DNA of 64,000 nucleotides from Gnetum montanum (taxonomy: Eukaryota; Plantae; Gnetophyta): positions 94,020-158,019 of the forward strand of contig MNCI01003262.1 in assembly GCA_015680685.1 (NCBI GenBank), read 5' to 3'. The position numbers and the translations under genes were made by a program. Below, one piece after another: positions 34,301 through 43,102 of this stretch. Numbering within the stretch: position 1 is the stretch's first letter; the number at the start of each line of letters is the position of its first letter. The notes beneath the pieces are model-generated. The model made no database searches, was not told the origin of the DNA, and was given only the letters and a program-made list of their open reading frames with translations.

Positions 34301-37300
34301 TTCAGCAAGATGGATATATTGATAACCTTCTTTTTTCCATTTATCAACCTCCCCCGGGTCAAAAAAAGTAAGAGCTACTGGACGAAGGCCAGAACCAGCG
34401 ATACCTAGATCACACTCACTAAATGCATAGATTGGAATGATTCAAACGTGTGCAATGAGGATTTGGGATAGAAATCTTTTTGGCATGGAGGTGGTGGCAA
34501 CATACTAGCATTCGATGAGGAGCAATAGTTTGATAAATGGTGAATATAAGAGAAAGTAGAATTAGAACCTGGAGTTGGTCTTCTGGAAGAACTTGCCATT
34601 AGACGCGCCTACTCTGCGTTCAGCTTATGGCTTGCACGACTTACTCACCTGTCCGTCGGCCATTACTGCGTGTCTTACAGCACTACAAGAACGATCTTAC
34701 GAGCAACCCTCGTGTCCACCCCTGGTTGTAAATGACGAAGAACCGCAACAAGGCTCTGATACCACCCTCAAAGTACGCAGCGCTCAAATAGAACTAACAC
34801 ATACGCTCACTTGAATGCAGATGAAATAACACACAGAGATGCCAAAAAGATTTCTATCCCAAATCCTCATTGCACATGTTTGAATCATTCCAATCTATGC
34901 ATTTTAGTGAGTGTGATCTAGGTATCGCTGGTTCTGGCCTTCGTCCAGTAGCTTTTACTTTTTTTGACCCGGGGGAGGTTGATAAATGGAAAAAAGAAGG
35001 TTATCAATATATCCATCTTGCTGAAATTGCTATTCACCTTCATCTTCCTGGTTTGGCTAACCAGGAAGCCTCGAAACGAAAGGGGTGCGGGGTGCCGGGT
35101 CTGTCTGGTCCGATGGTAACTGTCAACGAGCGGTGATCAGAAGCCACCCTTTCATGTCCCGTCACCCGCACTGAGGAACGGAGTATCATATCTGTGCTGA
35201 CGCACACCCGATCAATATCGGTGAGGACACGGTCTGGGCCCTTCCTTCGGTTACTCCAGGTGAATCGACAGTTCTCAATGGGCAGGTCAACCAAAGAGAA
35301 GGTTGTGAGAAAACTTTGGAATTCAGTTGCTCTGTGTGGCGGGGGGGNNNNNNNNNNNNNNNNNNNNNNNNNNNNNNNNNNGGTGCAGGCGCTGGTTGAA
35401 GTCCCCGGCCAAAATCCAAGACCTGTGGTCCGGAACTAGCCGCGCCACTCGTGTCAACTCATGGAGCCGCTGCTCCCAGTTCTGTGCACTATAGAAATTG
35501 GTCAGCCAAACCCCCTGCAAGGGGAGCTGGACTGTGAGGGCCCATTGGGAAACATCCACGAGATTCATGGTGTATTGGGCAAGGATGGCGAGGCCCCCGG
35601 CTCTGCCTAAGCAGGGGTGCATTTGGGTATTCCACCCGTCCCATTGGAGGAAATGCGCCTCCGTTGCCTAAAGTTTTGTCTCCTGGAGACAGACAATATC
35701 ACAATTCTCAGCTTTAACAATTCTGCGCAGGGTATTTCTTTTGTATGGGGTACCCTGTCCCCGACAATTCCAGCTGAACAACTTCATGGGTGACTGGGGG
35801 TGTGGTGTTGGTAGACCTCCCGGAGGGTCTTTTGTAACCCCAGGTCGATGCTCCTCTGGGTTTGCTTGCCCCGGGTTTGATTCTCACTTGGCCATCTTGG
35901 TCGGCGGTCGCCACCGCGCTGTCCCAGGGTGTAAAACTACTCTTCCGGTGCGGCCGTTGGCCCCTGGGCCCTGCGGGCCTTGGAGCTCCCCTGGACCACG
36001 TTCACCCATTCACTGAGGGGAGGGAGCTCGCTCTCAATCGCTGTGCCGTGCGTGGTGGCTGGTGGGGACAACAAGGGGGTGCAGGGGGTTGTTGTGGAGG
36101 GGTTGACNNNNNNNNNNNNNNNNNNNNNNNNNNNNNNNNNNNNNNNNNNNNNNNNNNNNNNNNNNNNNNNNNNNNNNNNNNNNNNNNNNNNNNNNNNNNN
36201 NNNNNNNNNNNNNNNNNNNNNNNNNNNNNNNNNNNNNNNGTTGGGGGGGCGGTTTATTGGAGTCGTGTTTCTGGGGGGGTTCTAGAGGGGTAGCGTGTTG
36301 GATGCCGGGCGCATCCGGCCTCTACGGCCCATGGTGACCCATTCACCCCCTTCAAAGAGCTGTCGGGGTCGGGTTCCTAGCTGCGATGGTCCCGACACGC
36401 GGCAGGCGGCTTCATGATGTCCAGGCTTGCCGCATCGCATGCATCCGGCTCGGAGGGGCCCTTGGGTCATCGGGCTTCGCTTGGGTCCGTCCGCCTTCTC
36501 CAGGTTCTCAAACACCACTTCCAGCTTCTCTTCCCCCCCCCCCCCCCAGGGAGTTCCAGAATCACCTCCTGAATGAGGTCCTTTTTTGTTAGTGGTTGCC
36601 ATACGCAAAACCGGGCGAAGCCCATGCACTCCATCGATAAGGTGACCCGGTCGAAAGCAATGAACTCCCCAAAAAAATCCGTGATTTGTCGCAGAAATTC
36701 AAGGTTCCACAGCTCCCAAGGGAGCCGGGAGACCCGTATCCAGACCGGCGCTTTAGTGAATAGGTCGGTCTCCCGATGGGCCCCAGGGCGCCAGGGGGTC
36801 AACGCTAGGCCCCTCGCACTGTAGAACCATGGGCCCCCCAACAGGACCGAGTCCCTGGCTTGCCGAGAGGGAAGAATGAACAACAGGAGGTCGGAGGACA
36901 GACTACGCACCCCAACCTCCCCTACGTGCCACTGTTCCCGGGCCCAGCGCTTGACCAGGTCCAGTCTTGGCCGCGCACTCGACGACACGAAACAACCAAT
37001 GAGGCTTCGTTGCAAGGTGCGGACCCCTTCGGGGGGGGGGGCCCTGGGTGACTTGGAGGTGCAGAGTGTCTGCAGCCCGAGAGTGGGCTGCAATGTGACC
37101 CCTGGCTCGGTCGGTGGCTGTTGGCTATGGCCCTCCGTCAGTCGGTGTCTGTTGGCCACCCTGCCCCTGCGCGTGCTCCGGCTGGTGCTTCTATTGGTGC
37201 TCCGGCTGGTGCCCCTGCTGGTGGTCCTGCGGCTGCTCTTGCGTGTGCTCCTGCGTGTGCTCCATAACCTTCACAAGAGTAATGTTGAGTCACAGACAAA

Positions 37301-40300
37301 TTTTGTAAAAAGAATTTTTGAAAAGGACATTTAAAAATCATCAATATGCATAGTTTCTTGGTGGAGTGCATGCTGCAAAGTGAAGAAATTAAAGACTTTT
37401 AAGGAATTAAATTCTGAAAAAGTTTTAAAGATTTTCCGTTTTAATTAAAATTTTTGTGTTCAAATGTTCTGAAGCATGTTTAGATGACTTTGGAAAAGGT
37501 CAGTTATTATTTGCATTGGCCGTTCAAAGCATAGATGTATCAGTATATTCTTTTCTAATATCTTTCTTTCTGTTCGTTTGGAGTGGGATGAATTCAAGAT
37601 CCCACTCCAATTTTTTTTTTTTTTTGTTTATAACAATTTTTATTTATTTGTTCAAGAAATTTTTTTGACAGATGCTTAGATGTCTTTCTAGTTTCTGTTT
37701 TGAGTGTTCATTTTCATTTTGGAATTATTGGGTCTGGCCGGATGATGTTATGAGTTCAGAGCCTTTCATTAGAAAGTCTCAAAATAGTCTGACAAATATA
37801 AAACCAATTTGAAGTTGTTAACAATGCCGGGTTGTTTTGTTGATAATAGATGAGTGGATGGTGAGCCTTAATTTATCATGGAAAATCAAATTTTAGCTTA
37901 AAGTGCAAAATTTGTTTGGTTTCTACTGCTATATAAAGGTCTTCCTATTAGACAAAAAGTACAGTTTACTGGGTAGAACAATCCAGTTCACCCACTTCGT
38001 TCTCCAGGTGACTCCATTGGACATGTTTTTGTTTAGTGTTCTTTTACTGACAAATTTGGAACTGCATATTTTCAATTATTTGGTTTTCTAACTTTTAGAA
38101 TTTCTGAGCGCTTTCTATTTTTCAAGGGTAATAAGTGGTAGTATCCTTGCTTCTGTTTTTCTCGTTCTTTTTTTTTACTTTTACTTTTACTTTTTTTTTA
38201 TATTTTTAGGCAAACGCTGAGGCTTGAAGCCTTATTTTGCGCTGGAAAGAAAAGGGGTGATTTTGTTTGTAAGATACAACTTAATAAGAAGAGTGTCTAT
38301 ATGAGTTTAGGCGGTCTTTCTCTAGCTTACAAAGATGGATAGAGACTTCATGCTGTGTACCTTCTTTTAGAAATATTGGATTCTTTTTTCTATTCCTATT
38401 TGTATCATGTCTTGTAGTCTCCTAACGTTAACTTTTTTGCCTTTATTACAGAGCAGTTGTTGGGTCCTTATTCATAAAGATATTGATATATTCATTTATA
38501 AGAAATGCAACCTTAGCCATTTGTTCCCATGATTTTTTATTTCTTTTGCACTTTATTTAATATTTGTTACCTTGGTTTGAATTTGCTTTAGAATTATAGT
38601 TGGGCATTATTTTTGTATTCATTGAGATTCAGCAAATAATTTTTTTTAAATTTTTGCAAGACATCAAATTTTATATAATTGAATAATATTGCACCAATGC
38701 TTTCTTTTGGCGTTTTTTTTCTTACAGGCCTATTTGTACCTAAATAGAAAAAAATCAACTGAGGCTGTGGATGATGGTAAAGATGAAACATTGCTCAGAG
38801 ACAGCTGCACACTTTTTGTTAGAGCTTTTGAAAACCTCCACAGAATGGACAAGTATGAAAATTTACATTTATATTCATTGTAATTTTCAAAGCAGTTGAA
38901 TCGTGATGTTTGCCATAATTTTATGTCCTTTCTTTCTCAGGAAAGCTATTTGATATTCTGATTGACATTTTGATTCCATCATTTTGTTTTGAGATGAATT
39001 TTCTTAAGTTTTTTTTAAAGAAGATTTTGGGTAGTTGTATTAATAACAAATTCGCAAGGTATGTACAGTCAAAAAGTTTGTGGGGAGTGAAAACACATCA
39101 ACAAGACCAAAAACTAAAACCCATTCCACGTAGTGGTGGAATTGTTAGAACCTGAAGAACAGTTATTCTTTAATGTAATTTGATTTTACCGTGTATCTAA
39201 AAAGTTGTAGGTGGACTGCTGAAGCATATTAAATTTAACCATTTATTGTAAGAGACTATAATATTTGTTACATCTTTCCGTTAATATATGTAGGATATAT
39301 ATAAAATCTAGGAATAGCTATTCTTTATGTGTTTGTATAAACTAGAATTTAAGTACAATAGTCTTTCTACTTTTTTTGTTGAAGAAAATTCGGGTGTATT
39401 GATAGAAAAAGGAAATATAGCTGATATGTACATCACTTCCACATCCATCAGAAAACTAGGAGGGAGAAACAAGCAAAATACCAGGGGGTGAACCTCCACC
39501 CCAACACCAAAATGTGTCACCCCCAAACTTAGGCAAGGGTTATACCCCCAGTATCCAGAAAAAGTTGTGGTGGCCCTACTCATCCACAATCAAAAGTCCC
39601 ACCCCAAAACTTCATGTCTCGATAGACCAGTGGCATGGCCCACAAGGCCTAAACACATGGTAAGGCATCCCCACAATGACCATGCCCCATACATGCTAAT
39701 AACAAAACTTAACAAAGACAAAAACCCCACCAAAAAGGGTACCAACCCTAGCACCCATCAACATTACAATCTTAAAGGGAGGGTGAGTACAAGCACAGAC
39801 CACCCACTCTTGACAATGCACTACATCCAACATAGCTTAGCACCTCTTTGAGTCGATGAAAGTAGTTGCCTCCTGAAAATTTTTGAAGGCAGCCTCCATG
39901 TTGGCACAAACTTTCGGATTCTCCTCCCTATCTAGGTGCAGCTTGTGTCCTTGACGTTGAATATGTTGATGGAGTGTGATCCATGGTGCATTCCTCCTAA
40001 TGTTCAAAATGACATAAGGGCAACGCCCTTGCCACAGCCACGTACGCACGTTGTTCTCATGTGCAATGTCGAGCCTTCTTTGAATCTACGCCTCCTCCTC
40101 CTCCTCCCTTTCTCGATGCTCTTGCTCTTCTCTTTCTTGCCTTGCTCCCTGGCCTCCTCCTAAAACTAGGCTCTAGTAGTCACCATCAGCTCCACTTCTA
40201 GTGACTCACATGCCGCTGCTTCCTCTCTTGCCACATCCAAAAACCATTGTTCGGTCTCCTCCAGTTGCTGCTGCAAAGCTTCCTCTTGTTTTGCCCATCT

Positions 40301-42593
40301 ACTCTCCCAACGGCTCCTTTCCTCCCCCGTCGTTGTCTTAGCAACCTGCACCAGTAGAGCCTCCATCCGCAGAGACTTTGACCTAGACGCTTCCGCAATA
40401 CTAGTGGTAGCTGCATGAAGGCTTGACTCTACTTCTTCCATTCCCCATGGTGACACCTCCGAATAGGAAACCTAAACCCTACCTCGAAAGCTTGACTCTA
40501 CCCTAGCCCATTGCTCCAAGTTGTTGGACAACTCGACCACCACCAACAGCTCACTTCATGATCTTTGTTGATTGTACACTGTCTTGATAGGTGTACCCCT
40601 TGGGTGCTTAATAGGGCAGCCTTGCTTCCTTCCAAAGTGCTAGAAGCAACCCCGAATGTCTTCCCCGCCAACACCGACGCAACGTATCTAAAAAAAACAA
40701 GGAAAATTCATCATGTGCCCCTGTTGTAGGCATCACATGATGGTAAAATGTAGGCCTTGCAATTTCAATGCATTACCCGATTGGACAAAAAATTGTTCTG
40801 CCAAATTAGCCGTTGCCTACCACAGCGTGAGCAACAATGATTTCAAAACTTGCCCACTCCCCGTCTTAAGAACTGGCCTAGAGAAGAACATCTCTGCATC
40901 ATGAAGACCATGCCCGTGGCAAGAATGATCTCACCCACCACCGACACCTTCTCCAAGAATTCCAGGTTCCACAATTCCCATGGAATCCCGAAAATCCACA
41001 TCCATACCAGGGCTTGGGTGAACAGGTCTGTCTCCCGATGCACCCCAGGGCGCCACGGAGTTAGAGCAAGCCCCCGAGCCTCGTAAAACCATGGTCCCCC
41101 CAACATCATCAAATCCCTAACCTGCAGGGACAGAAAGATGAACAGAAGTAGGGTCTTGGACAGACTTTGGACCTCCACTTGGCCAACTTTCCAGTGCTCT
41201 TGCACCCACTTGCAGATTAACTTCATTTGCAGGCGAGCACCCCTGTAAACGAAGTAGGCAATGAGGCTCTGTTGCATGGTGCAGATCCCTTCTATTAGGG
41301 GCTTGCTGACCTGAAGGTGCAGGGTGTGGTCAGCCTAGGAGTGTGCCTCAATACCCCCATCCGGTGCTTCCACCCCTTCCCCCCCATGGGCCTGTGTGGC
41401 CCAGACCGATTGCTCCCACCTTCCCGTGCATTCGTCGGGCTCTCCTCTCCTATGCTCGTCGGCTGCTGCTGCGCTCCAGCGCTTGCCCGATGTGTCTATT
41501 GCTGCTGCGCTCTAGCGCCTGTCTGCTGTTCCTCTTGCTATTGCTGCTCCTACTGTAGCTGCTGCGATTCCATCTGCTGTAGCAATATACAAGTCCAAAA
41601 ACTTGACACCAGGATCCTGTGCCTTCGTGCCTTTTGCGTGGCAGTGTGCATCTCTGCCTGCTTTGCCATCACTTTGTGCTCTTGTTCTGCCAACTCCTGT
41701 GTGCTAAGCTTCTTTGGCTCTTTCATTTTTTTAGGGGAGGGAGGGTCTCCTTGTTCCTTGTCAGCACTTTCTTGACCATTTGCCTGTTACTACTCTTTTT
41801 GAGGTTAGAACGGTGCATAGTGTCTGTCCTTGCAAGGCACTGTAGCAAGAAATTCAGCAGGTTGATATGCCTTTAGTACTCCATACATTTCCAGAAAGTA
41901 AATTGCATGGCACAGAGCTGGTGCATTACCAACTTAGCTACAGAATTATAAACATAAAAGTAAATTACGTTACTTGAGTTAATTAAAACACCATTGAGTT
42001 TGTAAATATCATCTTATTTTTTAAAGCTATGATTCTTTCTCTTTTAAGAATGTATTGTAGATGAAATTGAAATTCAAATTTTATTACGCCTATAGATCTT
42101 ATGGATCTATTGGATAGAAATATACATTCTATGAGTTTTGAAAACATCATTAAGAAAATTACGAGTGTTCTTGGTAATATTTAGAACAAATCAGCCAAAT
42201 TTGCAACCGTATCTTATCTCTATCTAGTATGCTCCAATGCAAGATATTAAACATAATGGTAATGGTATGATAGATTAATATACCTCCTGAAAATGAACCT
42301 ACAATTTGCAAATATTGTCTCCACTTTTCTACCTCCATCCATACATTTCTTAATATTGCACCCTTTTCAATAGGGAAAAAGAGAGAATTTCTTCAAAGGA
42401 TGTTAACGTTTGTATTTTGATTGGCTAATAACATATAAACTTCACAAAATCTGACAATTTTTACAATGTTTGGCAATTTTCTCCTGTTATTTATATTATA
42501 TGCATATAACTTCCTCTATTTCTATGCAGTAATTTGGAACTGCAGAGAGTAGCAAGGTCTGCACTTTTCGCTGCAGGAGCAGTTATCTCATGA
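4277..42593 (+). CDS. SNI1: SNI1-like gene (negative regulator of systemic acquired resistance; SMC5/6-associated), last five coding exons; 5' exons not located
   Basis: Five AG/GT-bounded exons with compatible phases (4277-4346, 6342-6407, 16099-16245, 38728-38852, 42530-42593) splice to TPVLDIIIDTLSYNNEMLHPFVQ-VIRKAKLKLIIILTYFQKHLPW-SIGK...KRIHILSVQFLLAHGFQ-AYLYL...VRAFENLHRMDN-NLELQRVARSALFAAGAVIS*. From memory this matches the C-terminus of plant SNI1 proteins (TP.L.IILD.L.Y, QLLLAHAFQAYLSL, KEALFTAA). Confidence 0.75.
4690..4879 (+). mobile_element. RTE-clade LINE RT fragment
   Basis: GLHQGSTVSP at ~4849-4878 resembles the RTE RT motif GLHQGSALSP; ends where the LTR remnant starts at 4880. 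Confidence 0.55.
4880..6070. mobile_element. LTR remnant, same family as 23304-23945 and 53806-56210
   Basis: Starts tgtaggaccc; shares blocks such as ataattctaaggatt..tgca and ttttattttacaagca with the other two copies; right end approximate. Confidence 0.65.
6342..6407 (+). CDS. SNI1: SNI1-like exon
   Basis: ttttcag|...tgg|gtatgc; VIRKAKLKLIIILTYFQKHLPW. Confidence 0.75.
6657..7448. mobile_element. Non-autonomous DNA transposon/MITE (hAT-like)
   Basis: Imperfect terminal inverted repeats catatttatgaagattggattgg / rc of ccaatccaatcttcacaagtgtg; subterminal ggaatc repeats at 7325-7355; no clear TSD. Confidence 0.5.
8430..9410 (+). repeat. Local duplication (~360 bp, ~620 bp apart) of a LINE 3' end/poly(A) plus an ORF2-extension fragment
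   Basis: 8437-8790 and 9055-9405 are near-identical; both contain attaatacattacc...caaaaaaaa and MEQAI..YLGVH.DGK.VL. Confidence 0.8.
9530..14555 (+). mobile_element. L1-clade LINE copy A (degraded; ORF1 end, ORF2, extension, J-domain, A-tail)
   Basis: ORF2 start MRVLSWN.RG at 9954; EN RIDR..SDH; RT KLDISKAYD and LRQRDPLSP; J-domain ~14050-14295; A-rich tail 14534-14555. Confidence 0.9.
16099..16245 (+). CDS. SNI1: SNI1-like exon
   Basis: ttttgcag|...cag|gtctgt; 147-nt open frame ending QFLLAHGFQ. Confidence 0.8.
17110..23180 (-). mobile_element. L1-clade LINE copy B (near full length, degraded)
   Basis: DUF4283-like ORF1 (22496-23050), ORF2 start MKILSQNCKG at 21850, EN and RT remnants, J-domain ~17550-17705, T-rich tail 17110-17129. 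Confidence 0.9.
23304..23945. mobile_element. LTR remnant (family of 53806-56210)
   Basis: Starts tgtaggattcc; colinear with 4880-5500 and 53806-54460. Confidence 0.65.
24997..25317 (-). CDS. LINE-encoded J-domain (DnaJ-like) module
   Basis: CPYLTLGISCESSWGGLRRYIRRTLAHCHPN...AAMQGIQQAASFMDTEEHRNTLD follows the J-domain pattern (Y..LG......l+..y++l....HPD......f..i..Ay..l.....R..yD); sister copy E has exact HPD. Confidence 0.75.
   Translation of the reverse strand, partial: RQRQLDRAHEHNARQWLHGGRCPYLTLGISCESSWGGLRRYIRRTLAHCHPNAGTSNDNRNRRQAAMQGIQQAASFMDTEEHRNTLDLLHELIRPNCACRQLPTNP
25321..28746 (-). pseudogene. LINE C ORF2 C-terminal part (RT, zf-RVT, extension domain, coiled coil)
   Basis: WRQRSR.RW..EGD, KAPGPDG, FRPIG, KLDITKAYD, LRQGDPLSP, YAND, IW...LPEKIKFFIW, CPTC; several frameshifts and N gaps. 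Confidence 0.9.
28747..28803. repeat. 57-nt direct repeat of 34791-34847 (viral terminal redundancy)
   Basis: gaactaacac(t/a)tacgctcac...gagatgccaaaa; one mismatch. Confidence 0.95.
28812..28817 (-). terminator. Putative viral polyadenylation signal
   Basis: AATAAA ~255 nt downstream of the TATA box, followed by GT-rich sequence. Confidence 0.6.
29071..29078 (-). promoter_or_regulatory. Putative pregenomic-RNA TATA box
   Basis: cTATAAATAg in the viral intergenic region downstream of ORF2. Confidence 0.7.
29173..30129 (-). CDS. EPRV ORF2, 318-aa protein of unknown function
   Basis: Uninterrupted ORF; its ATG (30129) overlaps the last codons of RT-RH; ends before the TATA box. Confidence 0.75.
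   Translation of the reverse strand: MFEYCAELLRDEGWTLRSSRRLRPCLPNERFLSFPQYFVETSRYQAHWDEFCTRTNAHPSGSSITQRIFTAYNSPALRNPRTTIPAPYIHLATDVKINNLDFENWYTTDCLSWPYYQPSDFHMYRIEFNPQTMSSSDSEMFWSWWPKFGHAPVHLPPNYPGYLRANLADHHGDFAFYGSATTMAWHFLHMASSPVYFLVTCIAKRTDWQNTWGQAFYQDVYTTNAYDVQHHYHIHLKVPYTLELYYQDHRIDEYRAAGGSESKIYLAGLHSIESNASTDSTLSSSPGRYDYSSDEFHNHAIDFDGDDIDLGPNSPPSR
30122..31331 (-). pseudogene. EPRV reverse transcriptase plus RNase H (frameshift at ~31235)
   Basis: AAFFVNKRAELVRGKKRLV, YKPLN, SKFDLKSGFWQI, PFGIKTAPSIFQ, YIDDILV, LETDAS, NCLADFLTR. Confidence 0.95.
32095..33025 (-). pseudogene. EPRV coat protein (partial, frameshifted) with Zn knuckle and acidic tail
   Basis: EFLG, LLGCLP.P, Lys-rich stretch, CFICSGKHYSSQCP, D/E-rich region; runs into the N gap where the protease is expected. 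Confidence 0.75.
33014..34599 (-). pseudogene. EPRV ORF1 N-terminus: movement protein (30K superfamily) and linker; 1-nt frameshift at ~34422
   Basis: GYQYIHLAEIAIHLHPHF..IALIDRRF...AII..G.L....PNFTLSLSDPHL. Confidence 0.85.
34752..34764 (-). promoter_or_regulatory. Minus-strand primer-binding site (initiator Met-tRNA)
   Basis: TGGTATCAGAGCC on the minus strand, ~150 nt upstream of the ORF1 ATG. Confidence 0.92.
34839..35044 (+). repeat. Inverted copy of viral MP segment 34282-34486
   Basis: Reverse-complement match with 2 substitutions and 1 indel. Confidence 0.95.
35049..35787 (-). pseudogene. LINE C ORF2 N-terminal part (APE endonuclease)
   Basis: MKLFSWNCRG at 35787; CLQETK, GDFN, FTWSN, IDR, SDH, FRFE. 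Confidence 0.9.
35790..37265 (-). pseudogene. LINE C ORF1 (DUF4283-like domain plus CCHC knuckle), frameshifted and gapped
   Basis: LIGCF..VKRWAREQW..GPWF..PVWIRV..LPWELWN..ARFCV and CMRCGKPGHHEAAC; ATG at 37265 followed by 12-nt repeats. Confidence 0.85.
38728..38852 (+). CDS. SNI1: SNI1-like exon
   Basis: cttacag|gcc...aa|gtatga; AYLYLNRKK...AFENLHRMD continues AHGFQ from the previous exon. Confidence 0.8.
39371..41580 (-). mobile_element. Internally deleted LINE copy D (5' ORF1 joined to the 3' extension and J-domain)
   Basis: ORF1 motifs 40950-41280, extension from ~40945, J-domain ~39800-40030, T-run at 39372. Confidence 0.85.
42530..42593 (+). CDS. SNI1: SNI1-like terminal coding exon
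   Basis: tatgcag|t aat...; phase matches the previous exon; NLELQRVARSALFAAGAVIS then TGA 42591-42593. Confidence 0.75.
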
Positions 42594-42977
42594 ACTTCGG
42601 AGTTCCTGTCTTCAGCAGTAGAAGCTTTTGTCACTAAATGATTTGTAATTGTACAAAATTGCCTTGTACAGGAAATCGTTAATTAATTTACTGGAATGAC
42701 GATAAGCATAATTAACCTTATTGCAAGCTCGTGTACATCCACTTTTTTCATCAAAGCTTTAAACGAAGCTATTGCAATGTTTTTAGCGAGTAATATGTCT
42801 ACAGGGAGCATGTTTTTGGAGATATCATCTCATTATTGTGTTCATTAGAGAATATATTTATGAAACTAAACTGAATGTTTTCATTGGGATGGTAAAGATA
42901 ATTGCTTTGCTCTATTGGTCACAAGTCAGTTGGAGCCTTTTCTATATTATAGATTTTCATTGTTGTATCAGACAGCT

Positions 42978-43102
42978 TAAGGATCATCATCTGAGGCTCA
43001 ATGCTTATTTCACCAAAGGCGGGTCTTGGGAGGGTGGTAGACAAGTGAAAGCCTAACCTCTATCAATTGGAGCATCTTACCATCACTCCAACTAATGGTC
43101 CT
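42978..43102 (-). mobile_element. SINE-like repeat, internally shortened (similar to 53620-53764)
   Basis: Shared aaggatcatcatc...gtgaaagcctaacctc...catcactccaa..atggtcct. Confidence 0.55.

Larger units (their letters stand above)
28747..35048 (-). mobile_element. Endogenous pararetrovirus (Caulimoviridae-like), slightly over one genome length plus an inverted MP fragment
   Basis: 30K-type MP, CP with Zn knuckle, caulimovirid-type RT/RNase H, no integrase after RH, Met-tRNA PBS, 57-nt terminal redundancy; AT-rich inside a GC-rich LINE. Confidence 0.93.
24766..37318 (-). mobile_element. Young near-full-length L1-clade LINE copy C, interrupted by an endogenous pararetrovirus
   Basis: 14-bp TSD tgaaaaggacattt (24752-24765 and 37319-37332); empty site reads cattt/aaaa, an L1-type nick site; T-run to 24773; GC/CpG-rich body. 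Confidence 0.95.

Noticed and set aside
28747-34847. LTR retrotransposon with short LTRs
   Set aside because: No TG..CA ends, no TSD, no integrase after RH, PBS not abutting the repeat; MP and caulimovirid-type RT are present
28747-35048. Virus copied from RNA by LINE RT template switching during TPRT
   Set aside because: Disfavoured but not excluded: the insert extends past the poly(A) signal, lacks poly(A), and includes an inverted segment and a DNA-templated filler
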